Below, in pieces: positions 1 to 10,500 of a stretch of DNA of 64,000 bases. Where the stretch lies: assembly GCA_965228855.1 (NCBI GenBank), contig CBDDIJ010000003.1:896001-960000 (forward strand), written 5' to 3'. Origin of the DNA: Candidatus Obscuribacterales bacterium. GTDB lineage: Bacteria > Cyanobacteriota > Vampirovibrionia > Obscuribacterales > Obscuribacteraceae. The notes beneath the pieces were generated by a model. The model was not told the DNA's origin, did no database searches, and saw nothing but the letters and a program-made list of their open reading frames with translations. Both the position numbers and the translations under genes were made by a program. The first letter of the stretch is position 1; every line of letters starts with the position of its first letter.

Positions 1-219
1 TGATTGAGACCCTGAAGCTTGTGCGTCTTTGAGTTGTTGCGAAAGTTGTAATTCGAGGCTGCGAGTCGCGGCTAACTCTTTGCGCGTCTCAATTAACTCG
101 ACCTGAAGTTGGTCGTAGGTTTCCTCAAGCATCATCCGGGGGTCTTCGACTTTGCCAAGAAGTGCAGACACCATGGCTTTGATGACGGATTTGAAGACAG
201 TTGTACTTCTAGAAAACAT
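1..219 (-). CDS. PspA/IM30 (Vipp1)-family protein, N-terminal part; runs off the window start
   Basis: Manual translation from the ATG at 219 gives MFSRSTTVFKSVIKAMVSALLGKVEDPRMMLEETYDQLQVELIETRKELAATRSLELQL. It has the family's amphipathic N-helix, EDP motif and coiled coil. Not in the ORF track. Confidence 0.75.
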   Translation of the reverse strand, partial: MFSRSTTVFKSVIKAMVSALLGKVEDPRMMLEETYDQLQVELIETRKELAATRSLELQLSQQLKDAQASGSQS

Positions 220-353
220 CGGGACCCAGAGCTCATTGGGATTAAACTTACGCAGACTTCTATCCGCCAGTCTATCATGGACCCCATAAATAAGCCTTTC
301 TAAAGCTGCGACGCGGCGACGAATATGCGGCTAGCTGCTAATGAATTCAGTCA

Positions 354-746
354 CTACGCGCAGTGGCGTCTATATTCGTGTGTGTGATTGGCGTAAAAGG
401 TTTCGAGCAATGGAATAAATTCTGGTGTGACGAGAAACAGCGCTTCACGCAGCGAGACAAATTTCGCTGAGCCGTCTTGCGGGATTCTAAGTTCGCAGGA
501 ATGAACGTCGCGCATGTAGCCCATGATCTTGCTGTCTGCAGTCTGACGAGACTGACCCAGATAATTGAGCGTCGTAGGTAATGTGAGTTTTGATTTTGCA
601 GCTATCGACTTCACTGTGTGTGCGACGTTGGGCGAATTGCTGTTGTCGTGGGGCAGATCCCACTTTTCGTCTTCGTTCTTCATCACTAAAACTTCGGTAG
701 ACCAGCCAAGCTGCCGGTATAAAATTATTGCGGAGGTCCTGGTCAT
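354..746 (-). CDS. NUDIX-fold-like protein with degenerate Nudix box
   Basis: Probable start is ATG 746 after GGGAG. SAIILYR...EVLVMK...WDLP and FVSLREA resemble NUDIX strands and helix, but the GX5EX7REUXEE box is absent. Confidence 0.5.
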   Translation of the reverse strand: MTRTSAIILYRQLGWSTEVLVMKNEDEKWDLPHDNSNSPNVAHTVKSIAAKSKLTLPTTLNYLGQSRQTADSKIMGYMRDVHSCELRIPQDGSAKFVSLREALFLVTPEFIPLLETFYANHTHEYRRHCA

Positions 747-796
747 ACTAATTGGCTCCCTGTGACTCGCGGCTGTCACCGCGAGAAGAATGAGAA

Positions 797-982
797 CTAC
801 GCGCAGTCTTGCGGATAGAAGATGATGACGTTGCTGTTGCTTACGTCAGCTGAACCAGAACGTTTTGCTCTTCGCGCCGCTAAAGAGTTGTCTACGTTAT
901 TTGCACGCACTTGCGGTATTGGTTGCTTGGTTGCGAAATCAATTACGTTGTTGTCGGCAAACAATTGGATTACGTTGGACAT
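797..982 (-). CDS. Small hypothetical protein (61 aa) with repeated NVIxF-like motifs
   Basis: GAGGAG RBS before ATG 982. Sequence MSNVIQLFADNNVIDFATK...SNVIIFYPQDCA. Confidence 0.6.
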   Translation of the reverse strand: MSNVIQLFADNNVIDFATKQPIPQVRANNVDNSLAARRAKRSGSADVSNSNVIIFYPQDCA

Positions 983-1355
983 TTGGTTTATCTCCTCTCG
1001 ATGTAGAAAATATACCACGTCCAGTAGAAAATGCAATACAGTTTATTCGTAAATTGTAGTATTTAATCTTCTCTGGTCTTGAAGGACTGGTAAGAAGGCC
1101 CAGTGGGGGGATGGTTTGCGCGATTTCGCGGGCTGTATTCTTGAGACTACAGGTGAGGCTGGAAATCTCAAGGCAAAGATTGGCGAAGGTTTTGCTCGGC
1201 AACACCTGAGCTGTCCAGTCTCGGTGGCGATAATGCGCGCTCACCAGCAGCGCGCTCGCCGTCGTGTGCGCTAGCCAGCAGGCGCACCTTTTGCAAGTTT
1301 TAAATTCAATGGTCTACTTATATATAGGTTCAGCGACAAGGAACCCACGAAAGCG

Positions 1356-1386
1356 AAAAGAGAGGTCGTCAAAATCCGACCTCTCT
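1356..1386 (-). terminator. Intrinsic terminator of the 1418-5359 gene
   Basis: 10-bp stem AGAGAGGTCG/CGACCTCTCT with an 8-nt loop and a short T tract on the minus strand, about 30 nt after the stop. Confidence 0.65.
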
Positions 1387-1417
1387 CTATCTGATTCCGT
1401 TAGTGGAGGCAATGTCT

Positions 1418-4400
1418 CTAGTTCAATGCGACCACACGAGGTTTCACTTGCAATTCATAGTTGCCGTTGTTGATGTGCATGAGAACTGCTGCGGTTTTCG
1501 TAAGCTTCGAAGCGAGCCTCTGTGTGTCCCTGTCTTTTGCCGAAAACATTGCCTTGAGCGGTTTTACCGTCGAGAATGCTGACGGTAACGAGAACTCAGA
1601 GCAAAAGACGGTTGCGCCATTTTGCTTTTCGACTCGCTGAATGTTTCGGTGCGGAATGGCTTCTAGCTGATTTACGTCAGTGAAGCTATCAGCGAGACTC
1701 TTGGATAAAGTTACGTGTTTGCCCGGAAGAAGTGCAATACGTTTCCCGTTCGTGACCAAACTGACACCGCCTGCATCATGCAGATTGTAGACTGACAGAT
1801 GCGCTTTCCCTGCGGACATAAGCACTACCGAACCCGCTGTGAGCTTCACCGTTCCGAAGTTCGACTCAATACTCATGTCTTTTGACGCGATAAAGAGCTT
1901 GTTGCCCTCGGATATCGCGCTACTGTCAGGCTCTACAGTGACAACATCCGCATCATATTCCAACGTCGATGGTCTTTGCAGAGATATGCATGTTTGAGAT
2001 CCTCCGAACTTCGATAACGATGTCGACACCATGGTCTGATTCTTGTTTGCTGTGATGACATTAGAGTTAGCCGCTAAGGCGTCTACTTCCATAAGGTTAA
2101 TTGCTTGAGTTGCTGCCGACATCAATGCATTGGTTTCAGGCAATGTGAGCATAGCTAGAACGGGCTGCGGCGTGGTATCGCTATTGATACCAGTTTTTTC
2201 GCCTTGGTCGTATGAGACGAAGAAGGTTGGAGTTCCTTCAATTACCGGCGGGTCCGCTGTGACCGTGACGTCGCCGTTGAATGTCATGTTGCCCGCTTTT
2301 GTGCCATTGTTCACGAATATATCTGCACCTTTCAAAACAAAATTGTTTGTCGGCGCTTTGGTTTTAAAACCGTTTCCAGTGAAGAAGGCACTGCCGCCGG
2401 CACCAGATACGGTGACATTATCAACGGGCGTGAATGTGTTGACAGATGTTGGACCAAGTGAAATCAGGATGTCACCATCGCTCGCGCTCATTGTACCGAT
2501 ATCCGCCCCTGCCGCAAAAATCATCTTTCCTTTCACATTCGGGTTAACTAATCTAAGGCTTTCGGTCGCTTGAATCGTGCCTGCGATCGTTAATGTTCCG
2601 CCAGCAATTTCGATGTCTGTTGCGTTTGCTGAAGAGTTTGTGAGACCCGTGAACGTGAGTGAACCAGCGCCGCGAATATTTATATCTGCGCCAGCATTGA
2701 TGCCGGTGAAGGTGGCGCCTTTCTTGGCGTCTAGCATATTCAAGAATGCGCCATTGGAAGAGTTGACTTCTACCTCTTTTATTCCCTGGATTGCGAACCG
2801 ATTGCCTGCGTTGGCGCCCACATTACCGTTGTCGGTAATCAGCACCAGTCGCTGGGCAGCGAAGCCGCCCAGGAATTGAGTATTTGTTATGTCTCCGGTA
2901 GCGGTTTGGAGCAGCAGTTGATCTCCAGCGATGATTTGATTCATCTGGAAGAACGTGTTGGCATAGAGACTTACGTTACCGCCAGCTTCGATAATTTGTT
3001 CTCCACCGGATGAAGTCATTACCCGACCCGGTGCCGTGATGGTGATATTACCGCTGCTCTTTGCTCCGTTGACCAACAAGCCACCAGTTCCGACGACTTC
3101 CACGTTGACTCTCTGACCGCCAGATGGAATTCGAAGCGTCTCGGTGTCGACTTTTATAGGCGCACCTTGAGCGCCGACGCTACCCTTATCGGCAGAGAGT
3201 TGTATGGAACTCGTGCCAGTAGCGCTTGCTGTGATCGCCGGTGCAGTTGCACTTTGAATAATAGAGCCAAGCGCGCTTATACCTACATCTACACGACCAG
3301 TGATGGCTCCTTCGATAAAGACGTCTCCGCCTGTTATTCCAACGCTCGCTCGACTGTTTATACTGGTCGCGTCAGCTATTGTTATACCGCCGTTTCGCTC
3401 TCCTAATGCAGTGAGTATTGAATTACTTACTCTCTGTCCGAGTGCGTTGTACTCGATTGGAATCTTTTTAATTGGGTTGTAGATCTTGGTCACATTTATT
3501 GAAATGTTGCCACCGCTGCCGGTACCGCCACTCGTGTCAATATTTCCGGTGCGGATTGCCTCGCCTTCGCTCGCGGATGCGAGAATCGTGATATCGCCAT
3601 TCGTGCCGATGAAGCCGCTGCCACCGGTACGCAGTGTTGCTCCGTCGATGAGAATTTTACCGGTCCCGTCTCCTTTCTTGGCTTCAAATGCAGACATGTT
3701 GATGTCTGCGCCATCGGTTGATCCTACCGGAGTTAGTGATGAACGCGCGGCTACAGTTACATTGTTACCAAGGTCGATGTTTCCTCCGGCAATTTTTTCA
3801 CCGAGCAGATTTGTAGTCTTGGAAGCTTTGCCTGTGAGAACAACTCCGCCTGGATTCGCTACTGTAGGTGGATTGGGTGAGTCTGATGAAGCTCCGGTGG
3901 GCGTGAACCCAGCTCCGGCTATAAATGTTATGTCGTAACCGGTGTTTACTCCATTCCCTGCGACGATGCTTATATTGTCGACACTCGTGATGTTGCCGGC
4001 AGCGACGAACACAAGCGCTTCTGCGACACTTATGTTGCCATCGATGTTGATATCACCTCTGGTATTGTAATAGGTCGGGTCGCCTGTCAGGCAAACCTCT
4101 CCGATGTTCAATACATCTGTTTGTGCTAAGACGTGAGCTGCCGTTCCAGTCTGGTTAACGGTAGCAGTGAGTGCATTTACGGCTACATCGACTGTTCCCA
4201 GTCCCGAGTTCAAGTTTAATTGCTTGCTGAACAAATCGCCGCCACTGATAGTCGAATTGAACGCATCTGCATACGAGTTGTCTCGGACGTTTATAGCGTT
4301 GCCGGCAGTAAGAGTTCCTCCACTATTATTCACTGTCAGTGCAAAACCGCTCGCGCCGTTTAAATTCAGATTTGCTCCTGTGGCAATTGAGCCACTGTTG

Positions 4401-5359
4401 TTCACACTTGCAGATGTGATGTTCACATCTCCTTTCGCGTTGACGATTCCGCTATTGTTTACTGCACCGCCTGCGGTGAGCGTCAATGACTCCTGTGACG
4501 ATATTGTGCCAGTATTGTTCAGGTTACCTGACGCGTCCAGAGTAAGAGCAACTGAGGAAGTAATGTTGGCACCGCTGAAGTTGTTAATGTCTTCTGCGCT
4601 AATTGTTCCGCCGCGTACCGACTTGCTGCTGGAGTCGGCGTGGACGGTTCCATAATTGTCGAGGTCTCCAAGCAATCGAAAATCGGAACGCTTGCCGAAA
4701 TCACCATATGTGGTGACGTCTTTTGCAACGACCAGGTTGCTTGCGCGCATCACGTCATTGTCTTGAGTTAGAGCGCTCAGATCCACCGTGCCACCGGTCG
4801 CACGCCCGGTCTTCTCGAGGACTAACTGTTGTGAGCCGCTCTCGATGACCTGTTTTACGGCGACATACTCGGCTGCCGAAACCTGGCTGCCGGCGCTCAA
4901 GGTTTTTGTATCGTTGCCAATTTTAATTTGAATCGACGATTGACCCTGGAACAGATCGCTGCCTAGCGTTATGTTTTTGACATTAGAGGTGAGGTCAAGG
5001 TCAATGCCGCGCTCAAGGCGGATCATGCGACCCGACTCAGCAAGTTGCTTTGAGTGGTTGAGAGTGCGAGTATGAACAGATGCTGAGCCAAATGCGGCGT
5101 TTGCGCCTGGCGATGCTGCTGGCGTCAGCTGCGGTATGCTAATTGTCGGCACCGGGGCGTTAGTTCGCGTTTTTGTCTCGCCTCTTAACTGCTGAAACAT
5201 CTCCCGAGCTTCGCGTCGCTGAATGTCAGGATTTTGCTGCCTGAATTCTCTGAAGTTCACACCATCTTTTGCATGCGCCATACTCGTCGAGGCGAGTAAA
5301 AGTGTTCCAGCGATCCCGATAGTCCAGGCTCTGGATTCCCTCGAATAGTTCGAATTCAT
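1418..5359 (-). CDS. Large secreted haemagglutinin-like beta-helix repeat protein; paralog of 17244-25847
   Basis: Likely start is ATG 5359 (MNSNYS), with a signal peptide ending AHA. It has G/N/T/I-rich beta-strand repeats and shares CLTGDPTYYNT, TADPP and a C-terminal domain with the 2867-aa ORF. Confidence 0.8.
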   Translation of the reverse strand: MNSNYSRESRAWTIGIAGTLLLASTSMAHAKDGVNFREFRQQNPDIQRREAREMFQQLRGETKTRTNAPVPTISIPQLTPAASPGANAAFGSASVHTRTLNHSKQLAESGRMIRLERGIDLDLTSNVKNITLGSDLFQGQSSIQIKIGNDTKTLSAGSQVSAAEYVAVKQVIESGSQQLVLEKTGRATGGTVDLSALTQDNDVMRASNLVVAKDVTTYGDFGKRSDFRLLGDLDNYGTVHADSSSKSVRGGTISAEDINNFSGANITSSVALTLDASGNLNNTGTISSQESLTLTAGGAVNNSGIVNAKGDVNITSASVNNSGSIATGANLNLNGASGFALTVNNSGGTLTAGNAINVRDNSYADAFNSTISGGDLFSKQLNLNSGLGTVDVAVNALTATVNQTGTAAHVLAQTDVLNIGEVCLTGDPTYYNTRGDINIDGNISVAEALVFVAAGNITSVDNISIVAGNGVNTGYDITFIAGAGFTPTGASSDSPNPPTVANPGGVVLTGKASKTTNLLGEKIAGGNIDLGNNVTVAARSSLTPVGSTDGADINMSAFEAKKGDGTGKILIDGATLRTGGSGFIGTNGDITILASASEGEAIRTGNIDTSGGTGSGGNISINVTKIYNPIKKIPIEYNALGQRVSNSILTALGERNGGITIADATSINSRASVGITGGDVFIEGAITGRVDVGISALGSIIQSATAPAITASATGTSSIQLSADKGSVGAQGAPIKVDTETLRIPSGGQRVNVEVVGTGGLLVNGAKSSGNITITAPGRVMTSSGGEQIIEAGGNVSLYANTFFQMNQIIAGDQLLLQTATGDITNTQFLGGFAAQRLVLITDNGNVGANAGNRFAIQGIKEVEVNSSNGAFLNMLDAKKGATFTGINAGADINIRGAGSLTFTGLTNSSANATDIEIAGGTLTIAGTIQATESLRLVNPNVKGKMIFAAGADIGTMSASDGDILISLGPTSVNTFTPVDNVTVSGAGGSAFFTGNGFKTKAPTNNFVLKGADIFVNNGTKAGNMTFNGDVTVTADPPVIEGTPTFFVSYDQGEKTGINSDTTPQPVLAMLTLPETNALMSAATQAINLMEVDALAANSNVITANKNQTMVSTSLSKFGGSQTCISLQRPSTLEYDADVVTVEPDSSAISEGNKLFIASKDMSIESNFGTVKLTAGSVVLMSAGKAHLSVYNLHDAGGVSLVTNGKRIALLPGKHVTLSKSLADSFTDVNQLEAIPHRNIQRVEKQNGATVFCSEFSLPSAFSTVKPLKAMFSAKDRDTQRLASKLTKTAAVLMHINNGNYELQVKPRVVALN

Positions 5360-5550
5360 TTTTGCTTTTCCCCCGAAAAACACCAGCCGCGAACGCGACA
5401 AATTTGCAACCAGGCAAAACCTGGTAGAGGGGGAAGTATACAACGCTAGCTCATGCGAATTCTGTGCGTCGGCCTGCCTCTGTGTGCATCTGGCTACAGT
5501 TCATCTGATGAACTGCACGCAGGTAGCCGACTTCAGAAGTAGATAAATTG

Positions 5551-5588
5551 AATCGGCGGAATTCAGTGGTGATCGGATTCCGCCGATT
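5551..5588. terminator. Strong stem-loop downstream of the 5618-6871 gene
   Basis: Inverted repeat AATCGGCGGAAT(T)C / GGATTCCGCCGATT. Confidence 0.5.
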
Positions 5589-5617
5589 GAATGAACGCTT
5601 GCTGTTTAATCCGTGCT

Positions 5618-6871
5618 CTAGTTGATAGGTGGATTGAAGATGTCGAATCTCGGCAGGTTATCTACCGCCGAATTGCCGGTTTTGGTATCTGAAGGGCGAA
5701 ATGCGCTCAAGGGAGGCGTGTTTTGCTGAGGAGCGCTGGTGGGTGGGGTGTTTTGCACATTTGTGCGGTCTGACCCCGTGGTGGTTGAGTCTTTGGGTGC
5801 GGCTTCAGGTTGAGTCGGTTGAGTTTCGCCTGGTGCCGGGATGTCGGGGCGTTGTTGGGGGGCGTTGTTCGCTTCCGGTGTCCTGGTAGGCGCTTCGGTG
5901 GTTGGGCTACCGTCTGACGGCTGTGTGGGCTGGTTTTGAGGCGTGTCGGTGTGAGCCTCGGGATGACTAGCTTCCGGCGAGGATGGCTGAGTTGGCGACT
6001 CCTGTGTACCGTCTGGCTTCACATCACCTGATGGATTCTGGCTTGTTGCTGCGGCTGCGGCTTCCGGAGCGGTTTGTTCCGGCGGTGTGTTTTGTGCTGC
6101 TGTTTCCGCTCCTGATGTCGTTGGTGCGTCGGGTGCGGGTTGTCCGGGTCCGTCTTGCGTTTCTTTCCTGTCGGCAGCTTGTTGGCTTGACTCAGATGGA
6201 GTTGCAGTCCCGGGCGTCAGTGGGGCATCTGTAGGTTGTGAGCCGTCCGACTGCTGAGTGCTGGGCGAATTGTCGCCGAGCGATGGTGCAGATTCAGGGC
6301 TGCTCTGTTGCGGGCTGGAATTCGGTTTGTCAGACCCTTCGGTCGTCGCCGATGGATCTTTGGGCGCGTCGGGGGACGCTGACGGCTTACCCGGATTTTC
6401 TGCGGGAGTGTCGGTAGTGGTGTCTGACTTTGGCGCCTCCGGGGCACCCTCAGCTGGTGCCTCACCAGGCGATGGTTTGCTTGGGGACTCGGAAGATTCG
6501 CCCTTGTTGGGTTCTGATGGAGCTTCTGGGCTCGACGGCTTAGTGCCGTCCTCATTCGTGCTGTCACCGTTACTTGGCGGGTTGGTATCGCCAGTCGGAC
6601 CTTGCTGGTCGGTACCGGAGTTCGCGGCCGTCTGGGCATCGGTGCCTGGAGTAGCAGGAGATTCCGGACCCATGTCTAGTTGCAAATCCGGCACTGTTCC
6701 TGCTTGAACTTCCTTCGCAGTTGCAGTTTGGCTCTCGGCTGCTCTGTCTGCACCTGTCTGGGTGGATGCTGAAAAGTTTGAAAAGTCTTGGAGATTCGAA
6801 CTGGTGTTATCTGTGGGGCGGGTTGATTCAGGCGCCTTTTCGAAGGCTCCGACGTGTTCGGTCGATCCCAT
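5618..6871 (-). CDS. Acidic P/S/T/Q-rich intrinsically disordered hypothetical protein (417 aa)
   Basis: Long open ORF with an ATG start and almost no hydrophobic residues except two short motifs. Confidence 0.7.
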   Translation of the reverse strand: MGSTEHVGAFEKAPESTRPTDNTSSNLQDFSNFSASTQTGADRAAESQTATAKEVQAGTVPDLQLDMGPESPATPGTDAQTAANSGTDQQGPTGDTNPPSNGDSTNEDGTKPSSPEAPSEPNKGESSESPSKPSPGEAPAEGAPEAPKSDTTTDTPAENPGKPSASPDAPKDPSATTEGSDKPNSSPQQSSPESAPSLGDNSPSTQQSDGSQPTDAPLTPGTATPSESSQQAADRKETQDGPGQPAPDAPTTSGAETAAQNTPPEQTAPEAAAAATSQNPSGDVKPDGTQESPTQPSSPEASHPEAHTDTPQNQPTQPSDGSPTTEAPTRTPEANNAPQQRPDIPAPGETQPTQPEAAPKDSTTTGSDRTNVQNTPPTSAPQQNTPPLSAFRPSDTKTGNSAVDNLPRFDIFNPPIN

Positions 6872-7525
6872 ATGTTCTTACTTCCGTGAGCGAGTGAATA
6901 GTAACGGAGAGGTGCAACGTGCGGCGCTGCGGTCGGATTAAATAAGTTAGTAAGTTGGTTCCGTCTACAATGTATATGCCCATCGTTACAGCAACGTGAC
7001 AGGTAAGTGACGTGGTCGATTTTGGCGCTTTCCAGACGAGAGTTTTTGGCGGGGGGACAGCGCAGGTGTTCCTTATATATTGTTCGCGTATTTTTCCTCG
7101 TTATCAAAATTGCCACTCACCCCATTAGCATTGCGGACGGTTTTAATTCTGAAACTCATTCTTGCTGCTTTGATCCATTCTAGTTTGTGGTGCCACTGTA
7201 TATGGTGCAACATTTGAACGAGAGTTTTTGAGTAGGTTGGGGTTGGTGATTGTTCATAGTTTCGGATCTTGGTTTTGTTGTTTCAGTAGCTTGTTTGGAT
7301 CGCAGGAAATTTATATGCCACTGTATGTAATGGCAGCGATTGTTTCAGTCTGTCAGGTGCTGGCTTCCCAGTCCGGATACCAGTCTTTAAACGCTGCACC
7401 TGTCAGGCTTTTCTAGATTTGCATTTTGGTGGAGTCTTCCGAAAAGGTTGATGTCAAGCAAAGAGTGCCGGACGAACGGATATTTTTTTCTGGACAACAG
7501 GGAGACTGATCGGTAAATTGGATGA

Positions 7526-10500
7526 ATGGTATCATCGAATGGGCAAATGACAGACCTACTGAGCACACGTCTTGATCGGTGGAAGCAGAAGCTGATCGAT
7601 CAGACACTGCACAATCCATTGCTCAATTTTAAGCCAAGCAAACTCACGACGATTTCCGTTGTCGATGGAAATCCCTCTGAAGTATTTCGCGCTCTTCAGA
7701 TTCAAGGGAAATCGATGACGTTCAGACCAGCTGTTGAAGGGCGTTCTGTTACAAAGCGATCATCGGTAGAATTTTCGCGTCACGGACAGAAGCCGTCTTC
7801 TTCAGCACCGTTCGATCTCGACCTTCAGACCAGTCTTAGTGCTGATGCCCTAAATCTGCACCTTTTGCGAATTTTCCAAAAGTCAGCCAGTCTCTTCGAG
7901 GAGCAAGGGTTTACCAGTCTGTGTTTATCGCTTGGTATGCTCGAATGGTTTGATGCCAAAGAAGGAAGTTCCATTCTCAAGGCTCCTCTGGTACTACTTC
8001 CGGTGCAGCTAGAACGCGAAACTGCCGGAAGCAAATTTATGCTGAAAGCCACGCAAGATGAGCCGGTGTTGAACCCGGCTATTTTTCAGAAACTTCGGTC
8101 TTCGCATCGCTTGAAGTTGCCGCCGCTTCCGGACAGTTTCGAAGACTTTCAACCGTTGACGTACTTCGCTATGTTTCAGCATGCGATCGAGCAGCTTCAG
8201 AATTGGCGAGTAACCGAAGACATCTTTTTGTCGTTTTTTGCATTCCAGAAGTTCGTGATGTATCGAGATCTGGAAGTTGCCGAGGATGTCTATACACAGC
8301 ACGAGATAATTCAAGCGCTAGGCACGGGAAAAGCGGAAACGTCCCAACTCGAAAGTTCCGTTGGCGAGTCCGAACATCTCGATCAAGTCTTAAAGCCGGA
8401 GACGACTTTCCAGGTACTTGATGCGGATTCTTCACAGCAGCAGGCGATTGTCGCAGTTCGCAGCGGCAAAAATCTGGTCATCGAGGGACCGCCCGGGACA
8501 GGCAAGTCTCAAACAATCACGAACATCATTGCGGAACTTCTGGCAGATGGTAAGACTGTTTTGTTTGTGAGCGAGAAAATTGCTGCGCTCGAGGTTGTTT
8601 TCAACCGCCTGGAGTCAGCCGGTTTGAAAGACTTTTGCCTGGAGCTGCACAGTAAGGGCACAAGCAAGAAGTCGGTTTATCAGGAACTGCAACGAGCGCT
8701 CGATAACTGTAGACCTCACGACCACAAAGAAGACGGTGATCTTAATCGTCTTGGTTTGTTGCGCTCATTCTTAAACGACTATGCCGAAGCCCTGCACCAG
8801 CCTTACGGCACTTTAAACATCACGCCGTTTAGAGCCATCGGAGAAATCAGCCTTTTGGAAACGGCTCCAGTTGTGAATGTCGTCTTTGATGAGATTTCTA
8901 CCTGTCAGATGGAAACGCTTGAAGAGACTTGTAGATCTTTCAAGCACCACTCTAAACTCGTTTCTGAAATCGGTCCTGTGCAAACTCATCCGTGGCGCGG
9001 CTCGGAGCTAAAAAAACTTTCTGCTGAAGAGCGAGATCATCTTTATGAGTTGATTGGCAACGCTCACTCTCTTTTATCTAAACTGAAGGGCAAAAGCGAA
9101 AAGCTGTCCGACGAACTGGGAGCGGCATGTCCGGGTACATTTGCTCAGCTCGAGATTTTGTGCGAGATCGGCTCATCTCTTGTTCGTTCACCGGGCACCA
9201 GCGAAGGGCTTTTGTTGAACGCCAGCTGGAACTCCATCAGTCCGGAAGTTGCTACGCTAATCGAGCGTGGAAAACACTACAGTGACGCATTGACTTCTGT
9301 GACAGAGTGCTTCCGCCAGGAGCTCCTAGACTTGGACTTCGAGCCGTTCTACAACTCTCACAGAGAGAAGGTTTCTAAATGGTATCGACACTTCGTTTTG
9401 AGTTACTGGAAAGAACGAATCTTCTTCCAGAAAAGATACCAGCAGAATTACAAACCTAATTCACTGGAACAGTTGCTTTCCGATATCGAGATTGCGTTGG
9501 CATGCCGAAAGTCGATGCTTCATGTTCTGGAACAGGATCGACTGGGGCACGATCTGTTTGGAGACAAATGGAAAGATCTTCATAGTGATTGGAACGAGCT
9601 GCGTGAGTTTGCAAACTGGATTGTAAATGTCCGCCGCTTCATCCTCGAAGATGCTTTGAAGCCACAGGGCATCGCGCTTGCCGCAAGCGGAACCAAGCAA
9701 AAGGACTCTATCGAAAAGAGCGTATCTGAGATTCGCGATCTTATTGATACTCTTCGCGTAAATCTCAGCAGAGTTTGCGACCTGGCGAAATTCGATATTG
9801 TGCGCGACGAGATTGTGGGACCAAATTGCAACTTGATTGAGCTTGGTCAGCGGCTCGAGGGAATGCATCAGGGCATTCGCCGAGTGCATGAGTGGATCTC
9901 ATACAATTTGTCGGTTGATGTTTGCAAATCTGGTTTTGCCGGAATATTTTTTGATAAATTCAGTGAGCAAAACCTGGACGCAACTCATCTGGAAGCATCC
10001 TTTAGAAGGTTCTTCTTCAGAAGATGGCTTGATATGGCTTTTGAAGAGCGTCCTATTCTTGGACGGTTTCAACCGATCAGGCACGAGGAGTTTATCAACG
10101 AGTTTCGCAGGCTTGATAGTCGTTCGCTCGAACTAGCGAAACAACGGCTCCGGCATAATGTCTGTCAGAGACGAGACCAACTACTTAAAACAAAGAGTTT
10201 CGAGGATGAACTGCGTATACTGCAACGGCAGATGCGCTCGCGAAGCAAACTGCCGCTTAGAAAATTGTTCAGGCAAGTTCCATCCGTCATCAAAGCAATA
10301 AAGCCATGTTTCATGATGAGCCCGATTTCTGCGGCTCAGTTTATAAACGCGACGAGTGCGCCGTTTGATGTAGTGATTTTCGACGAAGCCAGCCAAATCA
10401 CTATTGAGGATGCGCTGGGTGCGATTGTTCGTGGGCGGCAATTAATTGTTGTCGGCGATCCGAAACAGTTGCCTCCGACAGATTTCTTCCTGGGTCAAAC

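Noticed and set aside
2130..4655. Long antisense ORFs inside large genes (also within 17244-25847, cgs, valS, efp and accC)
   Set aside because: Shadow frames of strongly coding opposite strands, with no recognisable motifs.
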